64,000 nucleotides of DNA from Selaginella moellendorffii (Eukaryota > Plantae > Lycopodiophyta): contig NW_003314288.1 in the NCBI RefSeq assembly GCF_000143415.4, positions 696,642-760,641 of the forward strand. Direction: 5' to 3'. A program made the position numbers and the translations under genes. Below are positions 46,630 to 61,200 of this stretch, one piece after another. A model generated the notes under the pieces. The model had not been told where the DNA came from. It did no database searches and was given only the letters and a program-made list of their open reading frames with translations. How positions within the stretch are numbered: the first letter of the stretch is position 1; every line of letters begins with the position of its first letter.

Positions 46630-48274
46630 ACTTCAACCTCAACCAGTTCTAGCATTTGTTGTAGATGGTGCAACACAGGTGAAATACTTTTATCAAGCTA
46701 CTCTCTTGCTTAAGGAGTGCATGCTTACTTGCAGGACGCAGTAGAAGGAATGCTTGAAGAATGGCAGGAAAACCTGGCTATAGTGGCAGCTAACCGAACT
46801 AATAGGGATGAGAGAGTGATTATGCATCTTGGTGATTGTCTCTAGAGACATTGAGATGAGGTATATACATGGTCACATGTTGGTCTTTCTCATAGTTTTA
46901 ACTTGCAGATATGTGGAGCACATATTTGCTATCTTCTTGCAAATGCTAGTTTTGAGCCTGTCTCCCCTTCTGCCAGACTTTGTCTTATAGGTGCCGACCA
47001 TTGTAAGTATCCACGCACATACACTAGTCCAGAAGCTATCCAGGTAAGCCATGTTTGTGTTAACCTTTTCTTCATCAGTGAATGGAAGTGTACAAATTTG
47101 CAAGAGTGACCAGCAATTCCCAGATTATTTTACTTCCTTTTCAGCCATACAAGCTTATTTATACGTCGATGCTTGCTGAAGCTGGAAAGATAAACGAAGC
47201 TTTAAGGTTGGTAGTGATTTTTAACTGTATGCTTCGTTAACACAAGGTTTCTCTTCAAAGGTATTGCCAAGCGGTGTTGAAAACATTGAAAACAGCAGGC
47301 CATGCAGCTGATGTGTGCAAAGAAGTGGCTGTAGCCTTGGAAGAGCGTCTTCATATCCACTCTCAGGTTTGTAAGCGGACACTCAGCTTTTATACTCACT
47401 TTCCTGTTATCCAGAGAGGCTCGACGTCAATTGTGCAACGGTTTTTTGGCAATATTGGTCTACACAAGATGATAGGGTTCTTCCCCGAAAGCTTCTGATA
47501 ATGCTGATATTAATAACCGTCCCGCAACAGCTTCTAGCAGAAGCAGTGTATCACTTGCCTCGTCGGCATCAATGGAACCCATAAGTGATAATACAAGAAG
47601 ATCCAACATGCCAGCGAGAAGCATTTCTGAGCCTGACTTTAGGCCTGCACAGGTAACTCGACTTGCTCTTGTGTACCTTCGATTAAGACTTGTATTCTTT
47701 CATCAGATCATTACTCCAGTGAAAGGAATGCCAAACAGAGGCGTCTTTACTTCTTTCGTGCAAAGAGCGATGGGCTTCATAAAAACACCTTCGAAGGAGG
47801 TTTGTAGAAGCTTTGGAAAGAGCGCTAGCTGATTGATGGTTGGTACATGATGCAGGCAAAGCTTGGCGACAGCAACAAGTTTAGATACAATGAGACACTG
47901 AAGCGCTGAGTTGAAGAAGGAGCCGAGGCACAAGCGCCAGACCTTCCATTGGCTCCTCCTCCCATGGCAAACAAGCTCGTCTCGCGTGTGGAGGAGAACG
48001 GCACTCCTATTTCCATGTCTCCAGAGAGACCACAGCCAACTCCAGAAAGGCCGCAACCGGTTGTGAGTGGAATCCCACCAATGCCTCCGAGCAGTAACCA
48101 GTATGCAGCTCGCACACGTCAAAACATTAGATCAAGGTACCGTTTTGGTCATTCCCAGCACTCCAATCTCACGAGGTTTTTGCAGATATGTCAATACATT
48201 CAACAAAGGTAGCGTAACACCATCCAAGACATCATCGGACTCTCCTCCACTGTTTGGCGTGGTGCCAAAGGCAA
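46630..48274 (+). pseudogene. SEC16: Second, shorter SEC16 fragment
   Basis: Colinear with about 34290-35895 and carries additional stops. Confidence 0.85.
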
Positions 48275-48275
48275 G

Positions 48276-51200
48276 TATTTCGATAAATACTAAAAATTCT
48301 AGTTATCTCACATTATTTAATAATCCTGCCTAAATTCAAACAACTTATACAAGCTATTAGTATCATAACACTACCCTTGCATTTCAAATTCTTTGTCAAG
48401 CTTGCATTTCAAATTTTCCCCCTCTTAGCCTTATGGTTTTTTCTTAGGTTTTATTATTTGGGTTCTCTAGGGTTCGCCACTACTGGTTCATGGATCACAT
48501 CTTAGGAGACATTTTTCCTTCCTCTCTAGCACATCCTAAGCATATATCTCTCCCACACTGTTTTGGCTTGTTTATGGCCATGGTAAGTTTTTCTTTCCTC
48601 AAAACATATATTTTCCATTCTTATAAAGAATATACATTCATATTTCAGTATTGCTTGGCGTGAGACTATATGATAGTGTAGTGTATTTACAAGAGAGACA
48701 TCCCATACTTGTCTATAGGCATGAGAGTGCATGCCTAAAAATCTCAAAACAAAAGAACAAAGATTTACAAGAGATAGTCATCCAAAACTGGTCTTAGGTG
48801 TACAAGTGCATGCCAAGAAATCTCAAACTTCTTTGGAGAAACTCAAATTTGAGTTTGGCTAGGCATGAGCCCACACACTAGCTTAAAAAAACAAGAGACC
48901 ATGAGAGAGAGAGTGTGTTAGAAATCCTTACATTTTTAAGAATGAGTGTGAGACCATGCTTGTTCAAAGTAACTCTTGTTTCTCTGGTCATTTTACAAAC
49001 TTGCATTTACCAATCTGTTTCTCTCTTTATTTGACTTTGGTTTATTGTGAGCTCATATTCTTTCATCAATACATTAAATTGGGTCTTTAGCGTGCAAGTG
49101 CATATTAGAAATTCTTTGACTTTGTGTGTACTTATTTTATGCATTTTTAATTATTTTTGCTACATATTTTCATGTTTTGTTTTCTCATATTCATAAAAGG
49201 AGCTTTGTTTTTTCTATGTTGTACTCGGCTCGGTAAAGTTGATTAGTCTTCAACAAAGTTGTTGCTCGCCAACTTTGGGATCGAACAATAGAGCATACTA
49301 TAGCTACTCTTTTTACGAGTCCTTGTTGTGTTAAATTATTGTAAAGTAATTGTGGCCTACCTCTAATTGTGTTGTATAAAGTCATGCACGTCCTCACTAT
49401 GAGCATCTGCATTCTCCAGTTGATGGTGATATTCAAAAATTCTGAGCTGAGTAATGGTTATATTCTAAGTGTTGTTATCCTCAAGGTTGTTATTGATACA
49501 TGTTTCTAAATTTTTGATTCTTGTATTTTTTATCTTGAATTGCTATCCATGCTTCGACTAATTGTTATTTTCATTCCCCATCGTCCCCAAGGGACCTCCA
49601 CTTGTTAAATCCTTAGTATTTGATTTTTGTTTGCTTGGTTGCTTCTTAATAGCTCATCTGATAAATGTATATTTTCATTTTCAATAATGTGAAGAAGAAA
49701 TGCAAGTGCTTATTAGTATGGTAGATGGTATACTATTACCAAAAAGAGTTTGGGATAATTTCCATCAAACTAGACTACCTATTCCAACTTATTTGAAACA
49801 GTTGATTCTACTTCTATATAGAAAACCCACTAACATCCAACTCATCTATAAGGTGGGAGTAATTCAAGTTAAACACCTTAATAATGCAAAGCAAAACACA
49901 TCTAACTCTAAAAGAAGCACAGTGACAAATGCAAGTAGTATCTAAAGATTTTATTCTTCCTTTTGCAATTGATTCTCCATTATCCCAAATAATCCCTATT
50001 ACATCTCCTTTAACAACTTGAGAAAAACAAAGAAAATTACAAATATCAAAACACAAATAAAAGGAAAAAAGTACAAAATAAAGCAAATAGGAAATTCAAC
50101 ACAAATACCAATACATAAGATCGTGTTAGTCTACACCACATAATTTTACAACTACATAACATTTCCTCAAGAAGAACACAACAAACTAAATACAACAACA
50201 AAAAAACCAGGAAAGCAAATTCAAGAAAATAATAACTCAAGAAAACTCTAGCACATCATCGACTATAGAAACACAACCCTGATCCACTCAAGAAACAAGA
50301 GCGAGATTAGATGCAACAAATATGAGAAGAGAAGAAACAACTCGAGCAAAAATTAGAAGTAGACAAGCAATAGAAGACTCAAGCTTTTGAAATCCTTGAG
50401 ACTATATTCAAGACTTTCCACAAAACGACCTAAGCCACACAAGTTGGCAAATCAAGCAACATCAATACAACCAATGCCGAGGAAGATATAATCAACTAAA
50501 ATTTAGACTTAGATCAAGATTTACCACCACTCGAAACTCCTAATTACAAAGATTACAACATTAACAACTTTCAGTCTTATCCAACTTCTCCAAAAACTGA
50601 ACCATCACCAACAATAGAAAGATGGCACTCATCAACCCAACAACACCCTATGGCATCATGATTACATATCCAATTTTCACTAGTAACAAAACTGAAGATG
50701 CAGAAAGACATTTAAACCAATTCAACCAAATTATATAAGTTAATCAACAAGAAGACAACAAAGAACTTCTATTCCCTTTCACACTTAAAAGAAAAGCATT
50801 AGAATGGTATTATAATCTTGATGAAAAACTTAAGTTTTAGGAAAAAGTTAAGAGATTCAAAGAGAAGTACCAACCTGGTGGCACAACAGCTGAATACTTT
50901 GTACATCTCAAGAGCATCTAATAAGGCAGTAAAGAAGATATCGAAGACTATATCTAAAGATTCAAATATCATGCAAAGGGCTACAAAGATTTACTCACTG
51001 AACAAGGTAAGTATATTTGGTATGTACAGGGATTGAAGAAGATATACTAGCAAATGGTTGCTCTTGCAATACAAAAGAAGATCTAGATGCTAAGACCTCT
51101 ATTGACAATATTTCCAAGAAAATCAAGAACCTCGAGAAACAACTCCAAAAAATTTTAAGAGTAGAAACAACAAGAACAAATTACTCTTCTGATGATAGGG

Positions 51201-54200
51201 AAGAATACAAACTCAAAGTCATGAAAAAAGACAAGAATCAAGAACTTACCAAAGTACTCAAGAAAGTTACAATCAAGAACGAATTTAAACAAGGAATATG
51301 GTGTATGAAATGCAAGAAAAAAGGACACATCCTAATAAAGTGTAAAGTACTGATTCCTAAGTGTCAGATTTGTAAAAAGGAAGGATATATAGCAAAGATC
51401 TGTCGATACAAAAGAGCAACTAAAGTCACATGAGTCAAGAACATACCTTGAACTCTTATACCAACTAGAAGACATTACAATCAACCCAAACAAGAACCAC
51501 AACAATTGTAGCTAAACTACCACAATCAAGGTACATATAATCCTAACCCTAGATATCATCAATAATACAACAATGGCAACCAAGACAATTAGTATCAGCA
51601 ATCATACTAACAAGTTTATCAGCAGCCTTATCAAGACAATTAACAATGGAGACCACCACCCCGGCAAAACAACTATCAACAACAGTACCACAATAATCGA
51701 CAATGGCGACCACCTCTGCAACAACTAAACTATCAATAGCAAAATAAACAATATGATCCACCACCCAGAGTATTTCCTCGCAACAACCATCAATAGCAAC
51801 CTCAAACTCAAAAAATCCGACCCCAATACCAACAACATCAAAATCAAGGAAATTAACCTCCTCAGCAAAATCACCAACATTGAAGAGCTCCTCCAACAAC
51901 AAGAAATGTCAACATCGATTAAATCGAAGATGAACACTTTGAAGATGAACCTGAGGTAAGAGCTCTAATTCAAAGTCAGAAAAAACACTAGACTCCTGAA
52001 GATGACCTTGAGGAAAAGTCAAAGAACAAAAACTCCAAGACAAAGTGCAAGAAATATCATGGCATGAATGGCAATAAAGCAAGGAGCTAGTCAACACAAT
52101 TCAGCAAACCCTTCAACAACAACAACCTGAAGTTAAAGATGATCAAGAAATTGTGACTAAAACTCTGTCAAGAAAAGAGGAACAACCAAAGCTTATCACC
52201 AACATTCTTCAACAAGGTATCATATTCACCCTTCTAAAACTTTTACAAGTAGTTTCATACTTGAGAAAACAACTTCTCAAGATATGTCAAGCTTCTCCAC
52301 CAAAAAACTTCAGCTTAAGTTAAGAAAAAAACCAATAACTCATCCCATAAGGCAAACATCCAACCTAGCGACTATGATGAAGATGTACCATACATCCCAA
52401 TCTTCCCAATTCAAAATCCAAAATGGCTATCACCACTAGTCATTGTCCCCAAGAAGAACAACAAGCTTAGGATTTATGTCAACTATAAGAAGCTCAATAA
52501 TACAACTCAAAAGGACACCTTTTCAATTCCATTCTCTAATGAAATTCTTGATGCAGTTGTAGAATATGAGATGTACTCCTTTCTCAATGGCTTTAGTAGA
52601 CACAATCAAGTACATATTGCACCTGAAGATCAACATAAGACGGCTTTCATCAATCCATGGGGAGCATACGCTTACCTTTGTATGCTTTTTAGTCTCTCCA
52701 ATGCACCATTCATGTTTCAATGGATCATCACTGATATTTTTCAAGAATACCTCACTAAATTTATGTGAGTATTTATGGATGACTTCAGTGTCTTCAGCAA
52801 CAAAGAAGATCATCTCCAATTCTTAGAAAAATGCTTTATCAAATGCTATGAACACAATATCACATTGAACCCTGATAAGTGCATTTTCTTCGTCAAATCA
52901 GGAATTCTACCTAGACATGTAGTTTTCAAAGAAGGAATCCTCATTGACAAGGACAAGACCCTCACAATCACCAACATACAACATCCATTCAACATTTCAA
53001 GCCTTCAATCATTCCTTGGCAAGATGGGATACCATCGAAGATTCATCAAAAACTACGCCAAAATTGCAAAACCCATCACTGAACTCCTCAAGAAGAATCA
53101 AGCTTACAACTAGACTCAAGATTGTCAAAACGCCTTTATCAACCTCAAGAATTCCCTCACCCAAGCTCCAATATTTGCTCAACCAAACTGGAACAAAGAC
53201 TTCAACATCCAAATCAATGCCTCCAACTACACCCTCAGTGTGATCATTTTGCAACAACAAAAAGATCATAAAAACCGACCAATCTACTATGCAAGTTGAA
53301 GACTCAACTCAGCCAAAATGAACTATACTACAATTGAGAAAGAAGCTCTAGCAATGGTCTACACACTTCAGAAGTTTCAACACTACCTACTCGGTAACTT
53401 CCTTTAACTTTTCAACAAAACGATCCTCACCGGCAAAATTGCACGATAGTTCTTACTACTTCAAAAATACAACTTCGAGATCATCTACAAGCCTGGAAGA
53501 GAACATGAACACTTAAGCTGCATTACAGCCAATAAATAATCAAAACACAATATGGACAACTTTCCTGACTCCAATATCCTTTGAATCCATACATCACCAA
53601 CCTAGATGGACAACATCTACTACTACCTCACAATAGCAACAATCCAAGTTGATATTCAACCTCCGACAAGTGCAAGCAATTTGTCTTGAGGATAAGACCA
53701 TATTCAGTTGTGGGAAGAAAACTGTACAAACAAAGAAGACATAACATTTTACGAAGATGTGCAAACCTAGAAGAAACACAAAATCTACTTAAAGAAACCT
53801 ACTGTGGACAAGAGTAGAAGGACATTTTGCTGAAGAAATCACAACTTGAAAAATTTTACAAGCAAGACTTTAGTGGCCACCACTTTGGCACAACTAAGCT
53901 AAGTTCTATAAAAAATATAACATCTACCAATGAACCAAGTATGCACCAAAGAAATAAACTCAAGAACTTCATCTAGAAACTCCATTCGAACCTTTTCAAT
54001 GATGGGGACTTGACTTTGTTGGTCCACTTATGACAAGCTCCAAGCAAAACTAGTACATTCTAATTGCAATAGACTATATGACAAAATGGGCTAAAACTCA
54101 ACCAATAAAGACTGCTACAACAAAGAACATAACAAAGTTCATCTACAAAAACCTCATCACAAGATATGGCTTACCTTGAGAACTTGTCACTGATCAAAGA

Positions 54201-54560
54201 ACACACTTCATCAATGAAACTATCAAGATTCTAACTCAAGAATTCACTATTCAGCACAAGGATTCAACATCATACTACCCTCAAGGCAATGGTCAAGTAG
54301 AGTCTACAAACAAAACACTCAAAAACATCCTCATGAAAATCATGAAAATAAATTAGAAAGACTGGGACGATTACATCTACAATGCCCTGTAGGCATATCA
54401 AACCGGCCATATAACGTTTCAATGAATTTGACATCATTCAAGCTCGACCGACGGCCTTGAAGCTTTAACATCACTCGAGTACATTGTTCCATCACTACGA
54501 ATGGCAATACAATATGAAATCAACCAAGAAGAATTGATCAAATGAAGACTAGCCATGCTA
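48276..54560 (+). mobile_element. Degenerate Ty3/gypsy element (gag with two zinc knuckles, RT, RNase H, integrase)
   Basis: CMKCKKKGH...C and CQICKKEGY...C knuckles. W.SPLVIVPKKN.KLRIYVNY.KLN, YSFLNGFS...QV.I...DQHKTAF, FMDDFSVF, RNase H and integrase as in 1-1200. 5' boundary uncertain. Confidence 0.85.
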
Positions 54561-57500
54561 AAACAACTTATTGCTAGCTGAGATCCTTTGACTATCTCGT
54601 TTTGAAGCTTTGGAATGCTCAAGGAGTCTTTTCTAACTTAGCAAAGATGTTGCTTCATATGATGGCCGAGGCTAACTATTATCAAACAGTTCTTTTGATA
54701 GAGTTATGCAATCTCATACGCGAGGCACTACTTTGATGATGTCCTACGACTAAGGTGGAACATGAGATGCATGTGAGGCAAATGTTGCTGCTATTGAGGG
54801 AGAACAAGCTGTATTCTAAACTGGCAAAGTGAGTTCTTCTTGGAGGAGATCACCTATCTCAGACATGTGGTGCCACGAGATGGTGTGCAGGAAGATCCTC
54901 AAAAGACTCAGATAGTCATTGACTAGCTTGTTCCCCCTACTGTGCATGGGTTTCCTTGGTATGGTGGGAGTCTTTTGCCGGTTTGTGAAGGACTTCTCCT
55001 TGATTGCTGCTCCTTTGATGGATATTCTTCGAAACACCACCAAGCATGCTAAGTTGGTGTGGGGTGAAAGTGTCAAGAAGGGTTTGAGTGGTTAAAGTAA
55101 TCATGTATATTCTACAGATATTTGCTTGTGATAAGCCACTTGTGGTAGAAGGCTAAGGCTCACGCTATGGAGTCTATGTGTTCAGAGGGCATGGCTCATG
55201 AGTCCTTTTCTCTTTCTGATCCTAGTGAGCCCATGGGTGTCAATGTGGACCAAGGAGAGAATGTATCTACTCATGTTCTAGCTGACACTGCTGTCACTAA
55301 GCTTTCTGAAGGAGTGAAGAAGAATTGTATCAACTCATCTGAGCTGTACGGTTGTTTGTGCAATGAGTTGTGCATAGACAAGTGCTCAGTGTCCTCTTTG
55401 ACTCTGGTGCTACACATACTTTCATTAACAAGGCTAGTGATGAGGTTATAAGAGCTGTCTTAGTGCAAGACTGCTGTCCTATTGCCTACATAAGCCACAA
55501 GTTTGACGCAACTTAGCTAAACTGCCAACTCAGGATAGGAAGTTGTGTGTTGTAGTTGTTGCGGTCAAAGAGTGGAGGCATTACTTTACCACATGTCACT
55601 CTTTTCACTCGCCAGATGGAGCTTCGAGGCCGGCTAGCTCATTGACTAGAGTTTTTGCAGGAAATGGATGTGCAGATTCCAAACCACCAGAGGAGTTTAG
55701 CTCTGGGGTTTAAGGTGATGAAATAAAAGTCAAAGGGGAATTTTGACTGGATGTGTAAAGAAAAGTTGCTAGGTTTTCCAAGATCTACAACTTTTCTTTA
55801 AGACAATTTTCCTGTTAGACAGTAAAGGTGGTTGTTTCTCCATTGTCTAGGATGGTGAACTCTATCTCGTTTGGGAAGCTCTCTAGTGGTTTGCTGGATG
55901 AAATTAAGGAGCTTGCTGACTTCAACTCCTTTGTAGTGAAGGCAACGTGTAGTTGTTTTGAAGAGGGATGCCTCTTCCAATGCAATTGTGCTTCCTTCAA
56001 TGTACGAGATGGTTTCCTAGTCAAGAGGAATCTGGCTATGGTTCCTAGAGCTGATGTTCTTTTACAGTGGCTTCTGTAAGAGTGTTTGTTGCACCAAGTG
56101 CAGGACATCAAGGACGTGTGTTCTGGTAGAGACACATTTGGTAGAGACACACCTACCATAGTTAACCTCAGCAGAAGTGGGATAGCATTTTCTATGAGTT
56201 TCATAGTAAGCACTTCAAGGCAATGATGTTATCTGGGTTGTTGTGGATTGTGTGATGATGTTGGCTCACTTCTTCCTTGTGAAGACGAATACTAAGGCTT
56301 TTGAACTTGCTCAGCTGTTTGTCTTTATGGGCTGCCTAAAGATGTTGTAAGTGATAGGGATCCCACATTCACTTTGGAGTTTTGGCAGATGGTTGTTAGA
56401 TTTAATTCGACTTTTGTATATAACCGTTCTAGAAGCTTGAGACAAAGCTAAGCATGAGCATCCACAGTCAGATGGACAAACAAAACGAGTTAATTAGGTG
56501 CTAGAAGACATGCTGAGATCGTTTGTTGGTCATCTGAAGAGGCAAGGTATTTGGGAGAAGTACCTGGCTTTGTTAGAGTTTGCCCATAACTGTGCCTTCC
56601 ATTCGGCTATTGAGATGGCTCCGTTTATGGCAATGTATGGCTTTCAACCTCAGTCCCTTGTTGGTATGAACTTGGCTTCTCTTAAGGTGCACCAGGCAAA
56701 GGAGTTGGCTGATGAGCATCAGTCCACTGCTGAGGAAGAAAAACAAGATCCCAACAAGAACTTTGCTGTAAGTGATGGCTTGCTAGCTCTTTGTAGATCC
56801 AATAAGTCTTTGATCGAAGCTCCCACATTTCTATGCCACCTAGGCCAAAGACCTCTACCCAAGCCTGGAGCTGAACAGTCACCTATATACTGTTGATTAC
56901 TGTTCTTATGTGCTACGTTGAAGAACAAGCGATCAGCTAATGCCTCTGTCAGATGGTCTGGTTCTTTCTGACTTAACCTGGGTAGGAGTGTGACTTTAAT
57001 ATCTTTAACATGCTATTCCATCCTGGACCTTCTTTGTGTTGAGAGGAGCAGTGCCAATCGATTCCTTGTTTCTAGTTACCACCCTGTCTAGGTAAGATCT
57101 TCTGCAGCTGAGCTCTGAAGAGGAGGTGCCAGCTCTGGTTTTGTGGATATAAACCTGACACAAGCACTTTGAAGAGAAGATCTTTGGATTGAATTCCTGG
57201 GTGTGGCACATTCCGAATAACTGAATTCCACTCTACTTTTGCCCGGACTTTGCACCAGCTGGAGTTTCTAAAGTTTCTACATATGTCGTTGGTGATCAAG
57301 TGTTGGTAAGTTATCGGGTGTTGTGGATCCAAGGTTTTTGCTGCATAGGTCCTTATCACATCGTCCAACAAGTTGGTCCACAAATCTATGTGGGGCACTC
57401 AATGCACAACATTAAGAGAAGATCCATGTGAAGCGGTTAGCTCAATATCGTTTGTGAATGGATTGATGTAAGGATTCTACCATAAATTCTATGGTAGATA

Positions 57501-58200
57501 TAGATAAACTCAACAAGATTGGAATACACTAACTTTTTAATAATAATAAATTAACAATTTTTAATGTGTATTTATGGAGCCCACAAGAGTAGGAGTGAGG
57601 TGTTATCATATTATGAATCCCAGAAGATCAAGAGTGAGAGGTGTTAATCACATTATTTATATGCTCCATATGATCCTGAGGTTTAGGGATATGAGGGGGG
57701 CCCAGGTAAGTTAGAGGAAGGATAAAAAAGAATTAATTAGAGTGAAAATTCGAGTTATTGTGAAATTAGAGTATAAATGTGAGTTAAGAGTTAACATGAG
57801 CTAAGAGTAAAAACGTGATGTAGCAGCTTAAAAGAGGGAAGTAGGAATGCTCAGATGGAGTTCCGCCAGGTAGAAAAGACAAGTCATACCTCAAGCCTCA
57901 GATTGCTCCCAACCCCCTGCCTCCACCCGGTTGCGTACTTTAACCAAGCCCCAAACCACCCAGCAGTCTTGGCGCACAGGGATGACATCAGCCCTAACCT
58001 CTTGCTCCACTGCTTCTCCCCCCCTTAAGAAAAAAGGTCTGTTGTTCTCTTGGAGTTCAAGAGGCATCCTCTTCACCGTCTCCTCTGTTTTTGCTAGCTA
58101 GTTAGCTCTTACAAGAGAGCACAAGCCAAGTTCATCTCCATGCTCAGCTCTATCATCTCCTCTTTAAGACACCTCACCTCTTTGAAGCCATTCAGAAGAG
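53353..58200 (+). repeat. Segmental duplication copy 2 of 1-6348
   Basis: Colinear high identity. Ends abruptly where the Mutator-like element begins. Confidence 0.95.
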
Positions 58201-61200
58201 CGGGCGCGGACCATATTTGAGCTCACGAGTTGAGCTCAATTTTCAATTGTAATTTAGTACAAACATTATAAATTTTAAAATTTTAAGGTTATGGCAAACC
58301 TAATAATTTAATAACTCTCTATATATTATATAGATAAAAATGTTCTAAAGAACACTTTTTGTTCTAATAATTTAAATATTTACTACATGCAATGATAGGG
58401 ATATTTGTTAGAACATAAAATAAAATGTTTGCAAAAAGAGTATTCTTGTCACTTCTTTAAATTTGTACTCTATGCTTTCTGGCTAGTAAATGTCAGGTTT
58501 GTCAGAATTAAAAAATTATTAAATTTGAAATAAGATTCTATGTAAAGCCATATAACCGTTTGAAAGGAAAAAAAAAGAACCATTGATGTAAGCTTCTTGC
58601 ATATAAAAGAAAGACTTGGTTCTTTGTAAAATACATTCTTGAGGGGTTTGTCATAGCATACTGTCTAGAATTTATTGATCTTCATTCACACTCTCATTCG
58701 CAAAAAGGGAAATACACACAAATGTTTATGGGTTCTAGTGTTGGTAATTTTAACTTTCATAATCTTTCTTCCCAGGGTTCAAGGGCTAGGAGATGTAATA
58801 ACTATCCCATTACACAGCATAACCAAATCACACAAGAGAATGAAAGAGAGGATAGTGAGGATAGTCATCATGAGTTGGAGATAAATGCAATGACAGAGGG
58901 TGCAACAAATTGAGTGAAAAAGAATGCCCTTTTACTTGTTTTAGAAAAGTGCAATTCTGCCACTTTCAAGAAGTGCCCCATATGTTTTTTAGTGTCTGGT
59001 GGAAACAATGGCAATGATCAGTATGATGGTATATATGCTCTTGCGACACACTGCAATATCACGCACCCGAAAAACTACCATGAATTTTTTTTTGAGATGG
59101 TAAAGACAGAAATGGAGACACACGAGCACTATGGGCAGTATTGCGAAAAGAATACTCAGAAGCATATAAAATGAAAAGTGAAATGAAAAAGCACATTTTT
59201 ATTAATTATATAAAGTATAATAAGTTTTATTGATAGAGAATAAACATCGATAGTGTTGGAGAAATCTAATTAGCTCCAAAAGTTTTCTGCAACTAAGCAA
59301 TAGTAAGGCTTGCTTGGTGTATATGAATATCCACTTTAGGAGCCTGGTCCAAGATGTTGATGAAGATGTAGTACATATGCTTGCAAGGAGCATATGCCTT
59401 CCCATATTCCTCATGCTTCGTAAAGTCTGGACATGTGTAAGAAGGAAAGTCGTGAATGACAATTGTGTACTCTCTGCCTTCTGTTTTGACTATGTACTCC
59501 TTTGCAAGCGCAGTGATGTACTTCATAGAGAGAATCTCACACTCAAGTGTTTGAGCCAAGGTTATTTGACCTTGCTTCTGCTTGGAGATGGTACCAATAA
59601 ATTTAATTGCCTTACCTTTTCGTGCTGGGCTTCTGTGCATCTCTATAGGAATAGTCCTACTCCTGTCACTCATGTCTCCAACTCTCCTCTCAAGATTAAA
59701 ACCAAATTTCTCAAGGTTTTCAATCTCATCCGAGGTGAGCGTGACCCCATTAGCAACAGGCCATTCTTTAGGTACTGCATCAGGTTTAGTCACTATAGTG
59801 TCTTCAATCCGCTTCGTATGGTTGGCGTCGGTGTTGCAACAATATAGCCAACACCATCTTGAAAATCCTACTTGCTTTCGTTCCCCATAGAAACATGGGG
59901 TTGGAATAGAAGCAGATTTTCACCACGAATCTAGGCCCAACACTTGCCCCTCGGAAGCATCCCCACACACCTTACATTCGATTTTGCTGGCACGCGTCGG
60001 ATTGCCCATTGCTTCGGCTCCACGCTATGGTAAGCAATTTCAACCTGTTGCGATGCACTCTCTTCATCAGCCACTTGAGGTGGCTCAGTCTGAGAGCAGT
60101 GTCTTGGAGCAGAATGGTACTCGACATCAGGCTTGTGAGAGCTTTTTGCTCCAAGGTCCATACCAACATCTTCCCCAGCAAAGGAAAAACGATGCTTTGA
60201 GTAGACAGTCTTCATATCACCAATAGAAGCTCGGGGAGTGTACTCTATAGATGTGCTATGGACCACTTCCTCAACTGCAGTTGCCATTGTTTGAGCGGGT
60301 GGAGTTAATTTTCTCTTCATCCTATCATGTAACATCTCAATAGAAGGCCCTATTCCCATGTATCTTCCTTCCTTGAATGCTAGTGCTTTCGAAGATTGCT
60401 CTATAGCACGTATTAAATTTGATAGACAGGCTTCATATAGACTCATCTTCCCTTTCTCTGCCTCAGAGGAACGCCAACTCTAATGCTTACTTTCAGAGAG
60501 ATTCACAGTTAGGGTGTATGCGAGGTGCTCAAGTGGTTGATCCTAATGGAAAAGGCAATATTAAGAGGTAATAAAAGGAGAAGAAAAAATATAAACCAAC
60601 CTGAAAAGAGTGATGTCCCCACTGGAACATCCTAACTTCCCACCATCCTAACCATGACTCAAGTTGTGGTAGGCAACTTACGTCTGTATGGCCATCTTCA
60701 TGCCACCACATTCGAATCTCGTTTGCTTTTGCCTCATGCTCTTCTTTAGAAGGTGCAACCTGCCATTGTTTGCACAACTCCTTAAATATTGATTGAAACT
60801 CTGGCTTGATTAGGTGGCAATGCTGGTTTAAGCTTTGAGCCCAATGGAACTCACAAGTCCTCTCACGACCTTCCAATAGTTGACCATTCCCAAAAATTGC
60901 TCGGATACCATTCCAGTTTGCACTAGCCCCATCTGCCATGAAATCACGAAAGTTTGCAGGCTTACCAGTCCGCTTTAGGACAATATCAGAGAGGGACTTC
61001 CAAAATATTTCCTATGTTGTCTGGTTTTGTACTTTAAACTCTACTATCGCAATTGTTAAGTTACAATATAGCCTATGAAAACATAAATATTATAACAATT
61101 TCAATATAATGAGAATAAAAATTACCTTGGATCATACACATGAGTTCCCATGGTTGTCTAACCAAATACACGCTCCATATGGTCAAAATGTACCCATGCA

